NCBI GenBank assembly: GCA_010093815.1
Contig: ML996578.1
Source: Pseudovirgaria hyperparasitica
Lineage: Eukaryota
DNA length: 64,000 nucleotides
Strand: one strand, 5' to 3'
Under the pieces are notes generated by a model that searched no databases, was not told the DNA's origin, and saw nothing but the letters and a program-made list of their open reading frames with translations. The position numbers were made by a program, and so were the translations under genes. Below are positions 49,753-62,754 of this stretch, piece after piece. Every line of letters begins with the position of its first letter. Within the stretch, counting starts at the first letter, position 1.

Positions 49753-50724
49753 TCAGTTCCACCCTGTTAGCTTCTTTATCCTATCACCAATCGTTGCTTG
49801 CCCTGCCGCTTCTCGTGCGTGCCTGCTCTCCGATTCCGCCTTCTGCACAGCAATGAGCTCGTGGCTCAGAGCTCGTGCCGCTTCCATCTCCCCTCGCAGG
49901 GCTTCCACTTCCAATTCTCGCTCCACGCCCGCCAAGCCCTGCAGCCTTTGCTTGTAGCTTATCATTCGATCCTTTGGTAACGTCTTCCACTCATACTCGG
50001 TTAAATCTGCATCATCACTCTTCTCCAATGGCTTCGCCTGGCCGAGCGCAATTCTCTTCATTCGCGAGTTCGCAATAACCGGTGGAAATTCGGGGATAGG
50101 CAGTCCCTTCTCCTTGGCTTCCTCGACGGCCTTCTCCTGCTCCAGCATGTTCCGGTACAGTCGATCGGCGTGTATCTGTATATCCTCCATCCTCTCCACA
50201 GTACGACCTTGCGGGTTGATATATCCCAACGCCTTCATCATCTTGCCCTGCGTCAGAAAACACCTATTGAGCACCGCCGATTCCTTGCTGCACATGGTGA
50301 ACTTGTCCTTGAAGCCGCCGCTCTTCAGGCACTCCGACTGCGCCAGCCACTCGAAGATGCAGTTCTCCTGCGCCGCCCGGTTCAGCTGTGTCTCGCGCAT
50401 CGTGTACCCGTCCACGAGCTCAGCGAGCTGCTCCTGGTCCGTCTTGCCCGTTGCTTCAATTACAGACAGGGGTGTGTAGCCTTTCCAGAGATGGGCGTAG
50501 CGCCCGTCTTGGTAGAGGGATTCCGCGGGTACTAGGGGTTTCTTCTCGTCGTCATGGTGTTCTTTGGGCGCAGGCGTGGGCTCGACGACGGGTGGTGGTG
50601 CTGTTTTGGGTTGCTCGAACTTCTTGGGTGCTTCGGTCTGGAGGAAGTCTTTTAAGGATGGATCGAGGTTTTTTACTACGTCGTTGTTGTTGCTGTCCTG
50701 CGTCTTGTTCCAGAACCATCCCAT
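49753..50724 (-). CDS. Conserved hypothetical protein with twin CX9C motif
   Basis: ATG 50724 (MGWFW...). C-IFEWLAQSE-C and C-SKESAVLNR-C separated by 12 residues; strong codon bias. Confidence 0.85.
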   Translation of the reverse strand: MGWFWNKTQDSNNNDVVKNLDPSLKDFLQTEAPKKFEQPKTAPPPVVEPTPAPKEHHDDEKKPLVPAESLYQDGRYAHLWKGYTPLSVIEATGKTDQEQLAELVDGYTMRETQLNRAAQENCIFEWLAQSECLKSGGFKDKFTMCSKESAVLNRCFLTQGKMMKALGYINPQGRTVERMEDIQIHADRLYRNMLEQEKAVEEAKEKGLPIPEFPPVIANSRMKRIALGQAKPLEKSDDADLTEYEWKTLPKDRMISYKQRLQGLAGVERELEVEALRGEMEAARALSHELIAVQKAESESRHAREAAGQATIGDRIKKLTGWN

Positions 50725-50965
50725 TTCGAGGCTTAGATGAGGCAATGGCGGCGAGGTAAGATTAATTTGAACCGGATGGAGGTGCGCAGGGGATGTTAGC
50801 AAGCAAAGACAAAGCTTGAGCTATCCATACAATCTGTGCAGGTCGTGGATCGCTATCACGCTAGTCCTATTTAGGTCTGCTGTAGATCCCGGCGCGTCTC
50901 TCGACACGCGACGTATTCCCCAAACGCCATTCCACCAGTCTCACCGTCTCGCGCATCAATGTCCG

Positions 50966-53063
50966 ATGGCACCGAATGGTGAGCAAAGTACTACCCTTCA
51001 AGACCAGCACAGCGAACTGACTCTGCCGAAATAGATCGCGCCGAAAGGCGTCAGATGCGCCAGCGTGGGGCCGGGTGTGTTAATACCTTAACTACAACCT
51101 ACATGCGTTTACGTAGAGCTGACCTTCAACCAGGGTAACGAACGTCCAGAATATCAACTTCGGATTCAAGATCGGAGGAGGCGCCCTTCAGCCCAGACGC
51201 TCCGGTCGCCCGTCGCCTCTGCCCGCACAACGATCTGCCCGTTCCACGCCGAATCGACTCCCGCCCCAGCTGTCCGGTCGCAGTAGGCAGACAAGCACGC
51301 CAGCGCAGACGTCACACCAAGCCCATCACACGGGTAGCAGATCGTCAAAGACTTCCGCCGCGGCGAAGAAGACTCCCAAGCAACCTAGCTTGGGGAACAA
51401 GGCCCCGCACAGCCAGCAACAGTTCACGACACCTACAGTTATCGGCAAGCGCAAGAGGCCGCAAAGTGCGACAGTACAAGAAGACTCCGAACATGACGAA
51501 CTGGAAGCAGATGACCCGGCACATCGGACATCCACAGGGCGATCACACGTGTCTATCCTACCGTCAATAACGGAGCGACCTCCCGAGCCCGCAGACGACG
51601 CGGAAGACGACTTGGCAGAGGCCAACAACGGGCCCGGCGCGTCCAGCGTGCATAGCAATAGGATGGGCGTCGCGGCTGCGCAACGGCGGAGAAGCCAGGG
51701 TCGACAGTCGTACGGGTCACTCAATCTGCGAGCCAAAGGCCGGACACCGAAGAGGCGTGAGAGTGTGGCAACGTGGCTGATAGATCAGTCGCGTCTCACG
51801 CCGGTGCCGCCGGCGGTTCCGCCGAGTGTGCTGAAGAGTAGGACGTCATTGAGGACTCCTATCGTGCGTAAGAGCTTGGGCAGGCCCAAGACTAGTACTA
51901 GCACTGGGAAGCAGCCGAAGAGAACGAGCGCAGCGGCTACTGTGGAAGCGGAAGAGGAACAGGGGGATGAGGGCGGCGAAGAGCTGGACGAGGACCACCA
52001 AGAAGGAGAGGAAGTCGTGGATGAGTTGTCTACGGAGCTGAGCAACAGATCTGTACGCAAGTCGCATAAATCGCAGCAGAAGACACGAAAGGAAATACCT
52101 ACCGAAGAAGACGAGGAGAGTGAAGACGAACTATCCCCAGAAGCACGGCGTCCGAAGTCTGGCCGCGATCCGAGATTCCAAGTCGAGTCTGGAGACGAAG
52201 CGTCAGACTACGAAGGAGAGCAATCCGTTCGCTCAGAGCTACGAGTCCCAGTGCGAGAGAAGCGTTTGACCAAGGCAGCTCGTCCAAGGCAAAAGCAGAA
52301 GGCGAAAGCTCATTCAGGAGAGACGGAAGAGCCCGGAGCAAGGCAGAAAAAAGCCAAAGGGGAAACCGTGCCCATCACAGTCTATCGCCTTGCAAACGCA
52401 TCCCAGCTGGGCGGACAAGGGGAAGATGACGGCGATCCACTGCAGAACCCCAATCTAGCCTCAATATCCGGCGTCAATGCCGTCGACGTCCTGTTCCAGA
52501 TCACAAGCGAGCTAGCAGACCGGCAGCAAAACTCCATCACTCGCCACCTCCAGCTCTCCACCGATGAGCGTCAACGCAGCGAACTGAAGCGCAAACGCAC
52601 CATGCTAGACATGTTCAAAGCCCAGCTCTCAGACCGCCTGTTCGAGCTCACAGACGCCATCAACACCGGCACCGTGCTGCGAAAGCGTCTCAAAGCAGCG
52701 TTGAAGAAGCGCGTCGCCCTCACAGACGAGCTCCTGTCCGTCCGAAAGCAGCGCGAGGACCGCCAGTTGGCAATGGACGCTACCAGAGACCGCCACGAGG
52801 CCAGCGTGCACGTGTACGAGAAACAGAGCTCGCTGAACTCCGCGCTGCATGATATCGAGCTTGCGGTCAGCCGCGGCAGGCTGGCGGCAAAGGATCAAGG
52901 CAGGGAGGCCGAAGGGCCGCGGATTCCGCTGGAGATGCTCCTGCGGACTGTGGCTGGGCAGGTATCTTCACGGGTTCCTGGAGGGGGCGTGACGGACCGG
53001 GCAAAGGCGCTGAATGTTGTGCTGGAAGACACGGCGAAGGTGTTGGAGGGCAGGAGAAGGTGA
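50966..53063 (+). CDS. Inner kinetochore AME1/CENP-U-like protein; 3 exons
   Basis: Introns 50979-51034 and 51075-51133 join MAPNDRAERRQMRQRGAG..NINFGF to the 51390 ORF. Long disordered N-half; C-terminal VNAVDVL and coiled coil. Confidence 0.72.
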
Positions 53064-53297
53064 TGATGACGGTTGATGACGACGGAGACTTCGCGGCGTT
53101 GTGGCTTTGTATTCGTATTTATATATATATATACCCCTATGAATTCGTCACTATCATTGTCATTTGCTGGGACAAATGGCCGTTAGTTATATGAGATACA
53201 TCCTCCTCCCTAGGGTAGTCATCGTCCTTCCATACCACGTTCTCCTGGCCATGTAGTCCTCCCATCCCATCCCATCCCATCCCATCCCCAAACCCCC

Positions 53298-54635
53298 TCA
53301 ACCACCCCCATCCTTCAACCCATCATACAACGCCTTCTCCACCCCCAACCACGCATGCGCCACAGCAGGCACCCCAAACGGCGCCACCTGCCCCGCAATA
53401 AAATGCGCAACCCCCTTCTCCCGATCCGCCACCCAAAACAAATTCGCCACCCCAACCCAAAACACACTCCCGGCACTCCGCCCCGTAAACACCCCCTCCT
53501 CCGTAATCATCCCACACAATCCCCACCCTTGCGCCGGCCTCCCCGGCTGCGGAAACATCTCCGCATTACTCAGCGTGACGTGCTCCTTTGCCGAAGCCGC
53601 CAGGCCGCGCGCGAAATCCGGCTTGTCCGGGATCTGGTTCGTCCATATCTCGTGGATGGAGGCCGGGCTGAGGAGTCGTGTGCCGCTGGGTGCGTGCACG
53701 CCGTCGTTGATGAGCACGGTGAGGATTTGGGCGAAGGCGAGGGGTTTGGCGTAGAGGCCGCTGCCGCCGGCTTGGAAGAGGGTGGCGCGGCGCGCGGGGG
53801 TGTGGGCGGTGAGGGCGCGGCGGGCGGTGTGGTCGACTTCTTCGGCGGTGCCGTCTTTCCAGTGCTGTGTCATGCGGGCGAAGTTTGTTTGCTGCGCGGG
53901 GGTCGGGAAGAAGGTTATGTCTTTGAGGCCGAGGGGCGTGAAGATGTGGGTTTCGAAGTAGTCGGATAGGGAGAGGCCCGTGGCGCGGGAGATGAGCTCG
54001 CCGACCCAGTCTATGTTGGGCTGGTGGGGGGGTTAGTTGTGGTGGTGGTGGTGATGTATTTCGAGATTGGGGATTTGGGCGGGAAAAGGGGGGAGGTCGC
54101 AACGTACACCGTATTCCCAGCGCTCGCCGGGTTGGTTGACAAGCGGCGTGCCGAGAAAGTCGTTCGCGTCGGCGCTGAGCTCATCGATGCCGGCCGGACG
54201 CGCCCAGAGCGTCAGCTTCCGGTTCAGAAAGCTGTATCCGAAGCCGGCGGTGTGGGTGAGGAGTCTGCGGAGGGTGATTTCGGCGGTGCGCTCGGCGAGC
54301 GTTCCGTCGTCCATGAGCACCTTCTTCTCCTTCAGCTCGGGACAGAGGGCGTAGACGGCCTCGTGGTCGTCGAGCGCGAGCTTGCCCTGCTCGACGAGCT
54401 GCATTGCTGCGATTGCCGTGACCATCTTCGTGCACGAGGCGATCCAGAACATGGTGTCGAGGTCGACGGGGCGTTTGTCTTCTAGGCCGCGCGTGCCGGA
54501 TGTTTCGGCGATGAGGTTCTTGCCATTGCGGTCGACGGCGACAAAGGCCAGGGCTGGTATGCCGGCTTTCTTGTTCGAGGTGGTGCCGTTGAGGATAGCC
54601 TTGATGTTGGCAACCGATTGCGCCGACAGAGCCAT
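53298..54635 (-). CDS. Beta-lactamase/transpeptidase-fold serine hydrolase (fungal esterase/LovD-like); 2 exons
   Basis: Intron 54021-54107. SxxK in WIASCTK, ITLRRLLTHTAG, PGERWEYG-PNIDW, IFTPLGL, GGSGL, WVGVANLFW. Confidence 0.92.
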
Positions 54636-55672
54636 ATTTGAAGAGAGGGGGGAGGGCCGGGACGGAACGAACGGGAGAATGCAAAGTGTTGGTTTGGGCA
54701 AATTCGCACAAGCAGCTTCTGAACGACAACTATTTATACAACAAAACACAACATGGTATCGTAGCTCACCCGCGCTGTTGTTGGCCCCAAAGGTCTAGAA
54801 TCTTTAGTATCAGAAACACGGCAGCAATGCAAGTGTGATGATAGAGTGACAAGGGGTTGACTAGGGCGGTCCGTTACCACCAAAAGTGCGAAAGCCAAAA
54901 CAATCTCAGAGCCTCATAACGCGCGCCTCGCCGCGCCATTGATAGAGAGTCGGCGAATAAAAGTGTTATATTAGGCGATTTATGTCTTGATATAACCGCG
55001 TAGGTATAAATAGCCTAGTCTAGCGAACTTGACACCCAGGCTGATACTATGTGCGGAAGCATATCATAATAAAACTTACCACGTTTCCAGTGCTGATCTC
55101 TCCCTGTCGCTATACCACGACTGGTGCATGTTTTAGCTAGACTGGGAGTAATTAATAGCGTTATAGTGAGTCCCCTAGTATGCGCTTCTTCTCAAGGGCT
55201 ATATCACCTCCTGCTAAGGCTGAAGTCATGAACAAGATCAGCATAGATAGGGAGACAGTATTGTTTTCATTTCTGCACTTCTGCTACTAACCGACTGCCC
55301 TACGCCCTCGTCTCGACCCCTACCCCTACCCCGCTGCCGCTTTCCGCTGCCGCACTTTCACTGCTGCGCATTCGCTATTCGCTTGCGGTTATCATTTTCA
55401 TCATCCGACAATCCTTCCATTTCGCTTACACAATAAAAGGCCGCATCAGGGTTGTGACTTTGGCTGATGTGCGCCAATAACACGCCTTTCATGACCGAGC
55501 TTAAGGTTGAGGCTAAGTCTCGTGGAGTGTTTCATCAGCCCTAATGGCCCCTATACCCGGCGGCATGGCCCGCCAAAGGACCACCGTGGCGTTGAACGTT
55601 TTCTGCTGTTCTGGGACGATAGAGACCTGAGGTCCTTTGTGCAATTGATCGTTGACCATGCGTTCAACATGC

Positions 55673-57464
55673 TCACCTCGTCTTGCGCTTCTGCAAAAGA
55701 CTCATGACTTCCTTGATCCCAGCCATCAACAACGGTACAGCGACAGGCCCAAGTAGGGGCAGATAGACGGCGACTTTGTGCTCGTCCGGAAAATATACCA
55801 TGCCGACCATAGAGCGTTCGAAGAATGCCTTTTCTGCTTCGGTTTCGGCAATGCGAGCGTGTTGCAGGGCAGAGTGGAATTGCCCTTTATGGAGAGCATC
55901 ACAGGCCGAGCCCAAGTGCTGGATTGTGGCGTCAACCGATCCAGCCACACTATCAGGAATGGCAATGGATGACAGCTGTTGTGTCAATCTGGCCAAAGCT
56001 CCGAGAGTGGACGAAGCCGAGAACAAAAGCGATGCGGCGCGTACTCTTGTCAGAGTCGAAAGACGCAAGGGCAGAGAGGCGGGTGACTCTGGTAGGCCCA
56101 GTAAAGCCAGGAGCTGATTCGAGAAAGACAACATCGCTGGTCGTAAAGTGTCTTTCGACAAGGTTGTCGTCTTGTTTTGCCCAGATTCAGGGTTCAGAAT
56201 TAATACACCTCCCCACTGAGGAATGAGCCAGCTATTCCCACCATTCTCCTTTACCTTTACAACGAGAGGACCCTGATCAGGAGATGGCACGTAGATCACG
56301 AAATTCACTGTCGGCCCCGCACCAATAGACGGGCTCAATGGCCATTCAGCAGCATTAATAAATCCGCTCAGGTCCTCTTTCCGCAGAGTCCATGCGTTCG
56401 CCTCTTCGTCGTATTCGGGTTGACGTATTGACGGGGAGATAGTTGCATAAAGTTGAACTTGGGTGTCAACCGTAAACTTGCTAATCGTAGACAACGCCTC
56501 CAGGAGTGGCTCTACGTACTCCTTCAACGCAGATTCAATGGCCCAGTCAGACGGTACGGCTGTAGGTGTGAACAGAGAGAACGTCAGATGATATGTTGGC
56601 GCATATTTAAAGGCCCTGGTAGACTGTCGAGCGAGAGCAGAAGCGCGTTCCGGCGAGAGGACTTGTGCCTTGCCACCATGCGTTGCTGTGTTGGACGTGA
56701 ACGTATGGATTAGCATAGCCTGTTCTTCCTCAAATAGCACATGCAGTTCGTTTGCAAGAAAGGTGCCAAGCGGAGACGAAGTCGAGGATGCGGATGGCAC
56801 TTGGTTTGGAGAATAGAAGATATCCACGGCCGCTTTGAAAGCCTGAAGCTCTGACCGTGGTGTTGGGCCCTCTGTGGCAGGCAGAAGTTTGACCCAAAGC
56901 GCCGTATCTTCGCCATCACCATCATAGGCTGAATCAATGCCCATCCGGCTTCCATCCCTGACAGTATGTGTGGTCCCGTTCGCTGTCGTGCTCGTTTCCG
57001 TGAGAACCAGGCGCAGGTGGTGAGCAGAAAACTCATTCAGATCATCGAGAGCATGCTGTGTGATACGGATGAGATGTTGCGCATCATGTAGCGGCATTGA
57101 TGGTACATCTACGGCGATCCGTAGAGGGAAGACAGGCTTGCATATCTAGGCGCAAGGTCAGCACGTTGTTCCTTGTCCACTGAGCAATCAATAGGCACAC
57201 CTTTCCGTCGGCCCATTCTTTCATTGTATCCAGCGGAAGAGTAGCCCGGTATATCGCTGTTGTTTTCCACCATATTGGAAGACCTAGGAATACGACAATC
57301 GACCAAAATGACAACACAACCCAGCGTCGAGTCCATACCGCGGCCGCGGTCTCCGGAGGAGGCTGTGTCGTCGCAAGGACAGCATTGATTACATTAACAG
57401 GCGAAGAATCTCCAGAGTCGACATGAGATGTCTGCGACGCGCCCTTCGCAGCGCGACTTGACAT
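55673..57464 (-). CDS. GPI17: GPI transamidase subunit PIG-S/Gpi17; 2 exons
   Basis: Intron 57146-57200. LGLPIWWKTT.IYRA.LP, FINAAEWPL, WLIPQWGGV, AEKAFF, YFPDEHKVAVYLPLLGP. Confidence 0.95.
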
Positions 57465-58720
57465 GATGCGTTCGGTCTTGTGTGCCCGAACTCAGAAGGA
57501 CCAGGGGAAGTTGATGAACGGCCATGAATTAGGGGGGTTTTGCGGCCATCCATAAACCACGCTAGGCATATTTAGTAGACATCCATGCCGCTAAGGTCGT
57601 CTAACGTCCATGTTGTCTCGCAGTCATAATAGACACTACATCGTGTTGCAGCACCAGAATTTCGTTTGCACAATGCATATGATCCATGTGCTGTCTTTCT
57701 CCCGTCTACGTCGTCTATCTTCAGTTTGGCTCATTTCTGGCCTCGTAGTAAACTACCTTATCCCCCCGTAGGCTAAGTCTAGACTATACAGATCTGACTG
57801 GACCGGGGCACACTCTGGAAGAGTAACAGTACTGGACGAAGTACTCGGATAATACGCACGATAAGTACTGCGGCATTTGTTGTGGCCATACCACCTGGTA
57901 CCATTCTTATATTGGTCGTGCGGACTAGCACTATCCGGCGTTGGACGGTAGAGCTTGGCTTCATGAGAAAGAGAGAGCAGGGAAGCGTAATCTAGGACGA
58001 CTGATGAGCCGCTCTCGATAAGTTCTGTCTATCCAGAAGCATGTAAATTGTCTTACGGCAGTGAGTAGATTATGAACGAGATGCCTATACCGTACGACTC
58101 GCGTTCTATATTACACGAACCGGGTGAAGCATAGTGACGGGATACTCGGAAACATAATTGCAAAATTATCTTTGAGCCGCTACCGTGATAGACGAAGGAT
58201 GTTGGATGCACTATTACATATTTGGAAGGGGAAGCACGACGTCCGATCGACAGTAAGGAAGTCTCCTGTTGTAAAGCTATACTCGAAACTGCACTTCTTC
58301 TACACATACATACTAAGATGCCCAAGTCGAATGTAAACATCAGTTTCAGCCCCGAAGAAATAAGACATACACATTTACCCCGCTCGTATCTTCCACACAT
58401 CGACTTGTGGATGCCTACGCTAGCGCTTACACCTATACCACAAAGGGAAAGTGAAAACATGAGATTCTACTGGAAAAGCGCCATTGTCGGATCAATTGAT
58501 AAGCCGGGCTTGAGCTGACAATAGATGAACCACTTGTCTGAAGTGTACTTCTTTCCCTTCTTTCCTACACAGCTGCATGATACAAACGGCTTAAATCCAA
58601 GGGAGAAAAGGCGAACAATCGCGAATCAGACAAAAGCACGGAATACACTTCGAGCCATCACCACGCCCACCTAGAACTTCCTACTCCATAAGCCCAACCA
58701 CCAGGCCGAACAAAACAACA

Positions 58721-59275
58721 ATGCCATTCACCCACCCACCACCATACCACGGCAGCTGCCCCTGCCGCACCATCCGCTACCGCCTCAACGCCACACCCCT
58801 AGTCTGCCATCTCTGCCACTGCACCAGCTGCCAGCAAGAATCCGGCACCGCATACTGCATCAACATCCTCATCGAAACCCGCAACGTCGAGCTCATCGAC
58901 AACTCGCCCCCGCTGCTCAGCAACGACATCCCCACCGACTCGGGCGATCCGCAGACCCTGTTCCGCTGCCCGAAATGCTACTTTGTCCTCTGGAGCTACT
59001 ATGCCTGGCCCGTGATGAGCATGGTCCGCGCCGGGACGCTGGACACGGCGGATCTGCGGCGGTTGACGCCCGATGTGGAGATCTATACGAAGAGTCGTCT
59101 GGCGTTTGTGCGGGTGGAGTGGGAGGGCAAGAGGGAGTTTGTGGAGAGTTATGAGCGCGAGCTGGTTTGGTGCGAGGAGAGTAATAGGCGACGGGACGTG
59201 TATCTGCCGGAGTTGCTGGCGTACAAGGAGAAGTTGGAGAGGGAGAAGCAAGAAGGGGGAGTGGTGGTGGAATGA
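58721..59275 (+). CDS. GFA/CENP-V (Mss4-like) zinc-binding protein
   Basis: GSCPCRTIRY...CHLCHCTSCQ..SG...RCPKC...VRAGTLD. Confidence 0.9.
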   Translation: MPFTHPPPYHGSCPCRTIRYRLNATPLVCHLCHCTSCQQESGTAYCINILIETRNVELIDNSPPLLSNDIPTDSGDPQTLFRCPKCYFVLWSYYAWPVMSMVRAGTLDTADLRRLTPDVEIYTKSRLAFVRVEWEGKREFVESYERELVWCEESNRRRDVYLPELLAYKEKLEREKQEGGVVVE

Positions 59276-60574
59276 GAGATTGTTGTAGAGTGTCGTTGGA
59301 GGCTATGTGTAGTGGAGTTTAGTCGGAGGTCAGTGTAGTATGTTACATGAATGAGATAATGAGAAAAAGAAGCTTGATAGCGAAATATAGCTTGAGACCA
59401 ATTCTTTATACCTACTCGTCGCCATTCTACACAATTCAGACCTTCGGACAAGGCGAAATATAAAAGACAGTTGATATCTACAGTAGATGTTGATCAGTAA
59501 CTTGACCACACGCAATCCAAAAACGCATACCTCCAGAGTCCCTAGGGCTTTGAAATGTACTACTATGCTCGACATCGAGCAAGTACTCACCACTACATGC
59601 TAATTCAAGCTTGCATGGTGAGGGAATGCAGATTGCAATACTCGTGGGGGTGAGAGGGGAATTATGTGCTCTCTTCCCTACCATATATAGGAGGACATTG
59701 TAAGTCTATATGTAAAAGGGTTTCGAAGTATGAATTGATTGCAAGAAATTGGTTAAAATATGAGAGGGTTTCAACTAGGCGTCTGGAAATGTAGTTGCCG
59801 TGTACAAGTTGAGGTAGCGTCACTCAGGCTCCTCGGATCTGATTCAATTGGCATGAGTTGCAGTAGATTCTACTTTCAGATGATCGCAATGCCAGACTTT
59901 AATTTGCGGGGTCCTGTCAGATAAGACAACGTAACGATCTGATACACGGATGAAAGAAGGGACAGTCAAGTAAAGGAACTAGACCTTTCCCATCAAAAGC
60001 GTACAAGTGACCAGATTTGGGGAGGAAACATTCAAATCAATGGACTCCTGACGTGTAGAAACGGCACGCGGGTCCGTATCAATTACATATAAATTGGACT
60101 GACAATATCTGGATGAATGAGTACCAATGCAATCATTGGTCGACATACGGAAGCTATGTTGGGTGGTCAGTATTCAACGCAGGGTGCACAGAGACTTATC
60201 ATACATCGTGCTTCCACGTCAATAGTCTGAATTTTCTGGATGCTAATCTGAATAATTGGATGTGTGAGGTTGTACGGTCGTGTGAGCACGTTCCATCATG
60301 CCGAAAACCAATATATCGGGAGTCGATCGAATACGGCCTCAGGAGCTCCGTAATACCCAAGAATGGTTTTGAAGGAGTAGAAGACCGGGCGGGTAAAGAA
60401 ATACATTAGAATTACAAGATGAAACCGAGTCTCCCGTCCTGAAAGAATTTTATTTCCCAACGCCGCGCAATGCATAAACACGGGATACACAGAAGGCGCA
60501 GCAAGCGAAATGTAGAAAGTCCAAAGAAGTCATGCACAGACACAACATTTATTAAAAAAAATGTTCGGCCATTC

Positions 60575-62754
60575 TCATGCCTGAGGAACAGGTTGGGTAA
60601 ACCTGGCCAATTCGCGAATATTGTCCATGAAACACCGCACAATGTCCTCGTATCTGTTGGGTATATTTTCGCGAACACCATGGAACTCGTGCCGTAGCAT
60701 GTTAGAGTTCAATTCGATCTCGGCTTCGTGGGTCTGCCTACCGTCGACCTGGTTGATTACTTGGGTAAGGTCTATTTCGCACGCCTGGTGGACATAACAA
60801 AGACGATCTTTCTTGCGACTAACCGGCCTCCCGGCTTCTGTACTAGCCACGAGCCCCTCTATGTCGCCCGGGTAATCGACTTCAATGTTGATACTTATGC
60901 GACAGTCGAAAATGCTATTTGGGAAGGTCATCTCGATGTTCTGCAGCCGAACTTTGATGATCTTTGCAAGGATCTCCCCAGTTTTGTTGTCACGGGTGAC
61001 ACGAACTTTGTTCGATTTCACATTGCTGTTGAGCAAGCTCCGCGAAAGAGGCGGGACCATGTTAAATCCAGCCTGGTCCAAGTCGTAGAAAGTATCAGTT
61101 TCCCGTCGATGGGTGTAGTCTATCCGATGTCGTCTGCTTTGAGGATTCACGCTGATTCTTGTTTGATCATTCAAGAAACGATTGAAGTTCTTGAAGTGAG
61201 TCTTGGTCGCATTATTAGCTTTGTTCGGTCCATACCTAGAAACGAAAGTGCTCTTACCTCTTGCATGTTGCTTTCAAACCGGATTCTTCGACTACTGTTG
61301 ATAATTGCTTCATTGGCTATAGGCAAATAATACCTCTGATCCGTGTCATGATCGATGAGAGTTCCAAGTTTCGCTTCAATTTCTAGTTGCTCGCTAGGCG
61401 ATAGCTTTGCATCCTTGTCTATCAGCAAATCGAATAGAGCGTCGCATAATCTTCTGGTAATCTCCTCGTAAGGCCGAGAATTGGTGAAACTTGGCTCGAG
61501 GTCCTCAATGTTTGTACGTTTAACCTGGTCAGCTTCACGCTGAGGAGTCCCATTCTGCTGTTGGGGCTGCGCTTGTGGCTGAGTACGAGGAATCAAACTC
61601 CCTTTGGAATTTGCTTTCTGAGCCCAGATTGGTATGGGATCATGCCTTTTGCGTTTACGTGGTATCAGTCGAGGCGTATTACTCACGTTATGCGAGGCTG
61701 TCTGCTGCAAATGTAGCTGTGGAGCGGTACTCGACGCCATGGGTGTCTTTGGCTGTTGTTGCTGGTGGCTACCGGAGAACGTACGAGAGGTTGAAGGTGA
61801 GCGTTGAGGTGTGACCCGGCGAGAGGTAGCCGCTGAATTCTGTTGTGGTACGTGAGGTGTCGACTCGCGCCGCAACTGCGGAGAGTGTTCAAGCGCACGT
61901 GTTGGAGGCGGCGGCGGAATAGCGGAGAAAGTTTGCGGCGGAGAGCGTTGCAAGATCGATTGCATTGAAGTTGGTGGTGTAACACGGGCTTGATCGTGCT
62001 CGCGACTGGCGCGTGTTATGTCCATGGACTGTGTTCTGCTTGGTACCATCGTTTTGGGGCTGACGCTCACGGTCCTTTCCCGTTCTCTCTGTGTAGTATA
62101 TTCTGACCCGTTCCTCTCCGCTTGCGGACTAATATTGTCGTACACGGCCGGCGATTCTGGTACTAGAACAGGTGGCCGCCCAGATACTGGGGTATTCGAC
62201 TGAGTATTGTATGAGGTGCTAGATGGTGTTCGCTGTTGATTGTATGGGCTTGCAGGTTCTCTTGATATATAGCTTGAGCTCCGCGGTAGCGAGGGTGGCG
62301 GACCGAGAGGTGTCGACGGGTGTGACTGCAGCGCGTGGTTGTATGGCGGTGGATGTGAGAATGACGACGCGGACAGAGGAGATTCTCTATGTGAGTGTGG
62401 AGTATGTCCGCGCGCGGACGCCGATGAAGGCGACTGTGAGGGATGTCCTTGGGGCGCATTGTAGCTAACTCCAGCAGTTGTTATTGGATATGGTGAGGCT
62501 GAAGGTCTATTGAAGGGCGCTGGAGGAACATGTCCCGTAGGTGTGGTCGCAGAGTATAGCTCTCTCTGGGGATATGAATGAGGATTTGGAGGGTACGGTC
62601 CGTGATTGTAGGCTGTTGTAGGAGAAGCGAAGCTATGCGGTGGTGGACGAGGATTGTGAGGAGAACTGTGGATAGGAGAGTATCTGGGCGCAGAGGACTG
62701 CGACTGTTTGGGTGTGGTATCCGTCTCTTGCGTGAGCATGGACTTGATATCCAT
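60575..62754 (-). CDS. CET1: mRNA-capping enzyme beta subunit (RNA 5'-triphosphatase); 2 exons
   Basis: ATG 62754; intron 61202-61257. PIPIWAQ (guanylyltransferase-binding), LEIEAKLG, RFESNM, KVRVT, DCRISINIE, RKKDRLCY, IDLTQV, HEAEIEL. Confidence 0.95.

Noticed and set aside
53298..54635. Horizontally acquired antibiotic-resistance beta-lactamase
   Set aside because: It has a spliceosomal intron and the motifs of the widespread fungal esterase/transesterase family.
31335..54635. Secondary-metabolite cluster (TFs + MFS + esterase)
   Set aside because: No PKS, NRPS or terpene backbone gene is present, and the genes are interspersed with housekeeping loci.
54880..55260. TpA-rich patch between the esterase and GPI17 as a transposon relic
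   Set aside because: Short, with no terminal repeats or recognisable coding remnants; there is too little evidence.
58001..58030. CTGATGA resembling a hammerhead ribozyme core
   Set aside because: No stem II followed by GAAA, and no matching flanking helices.
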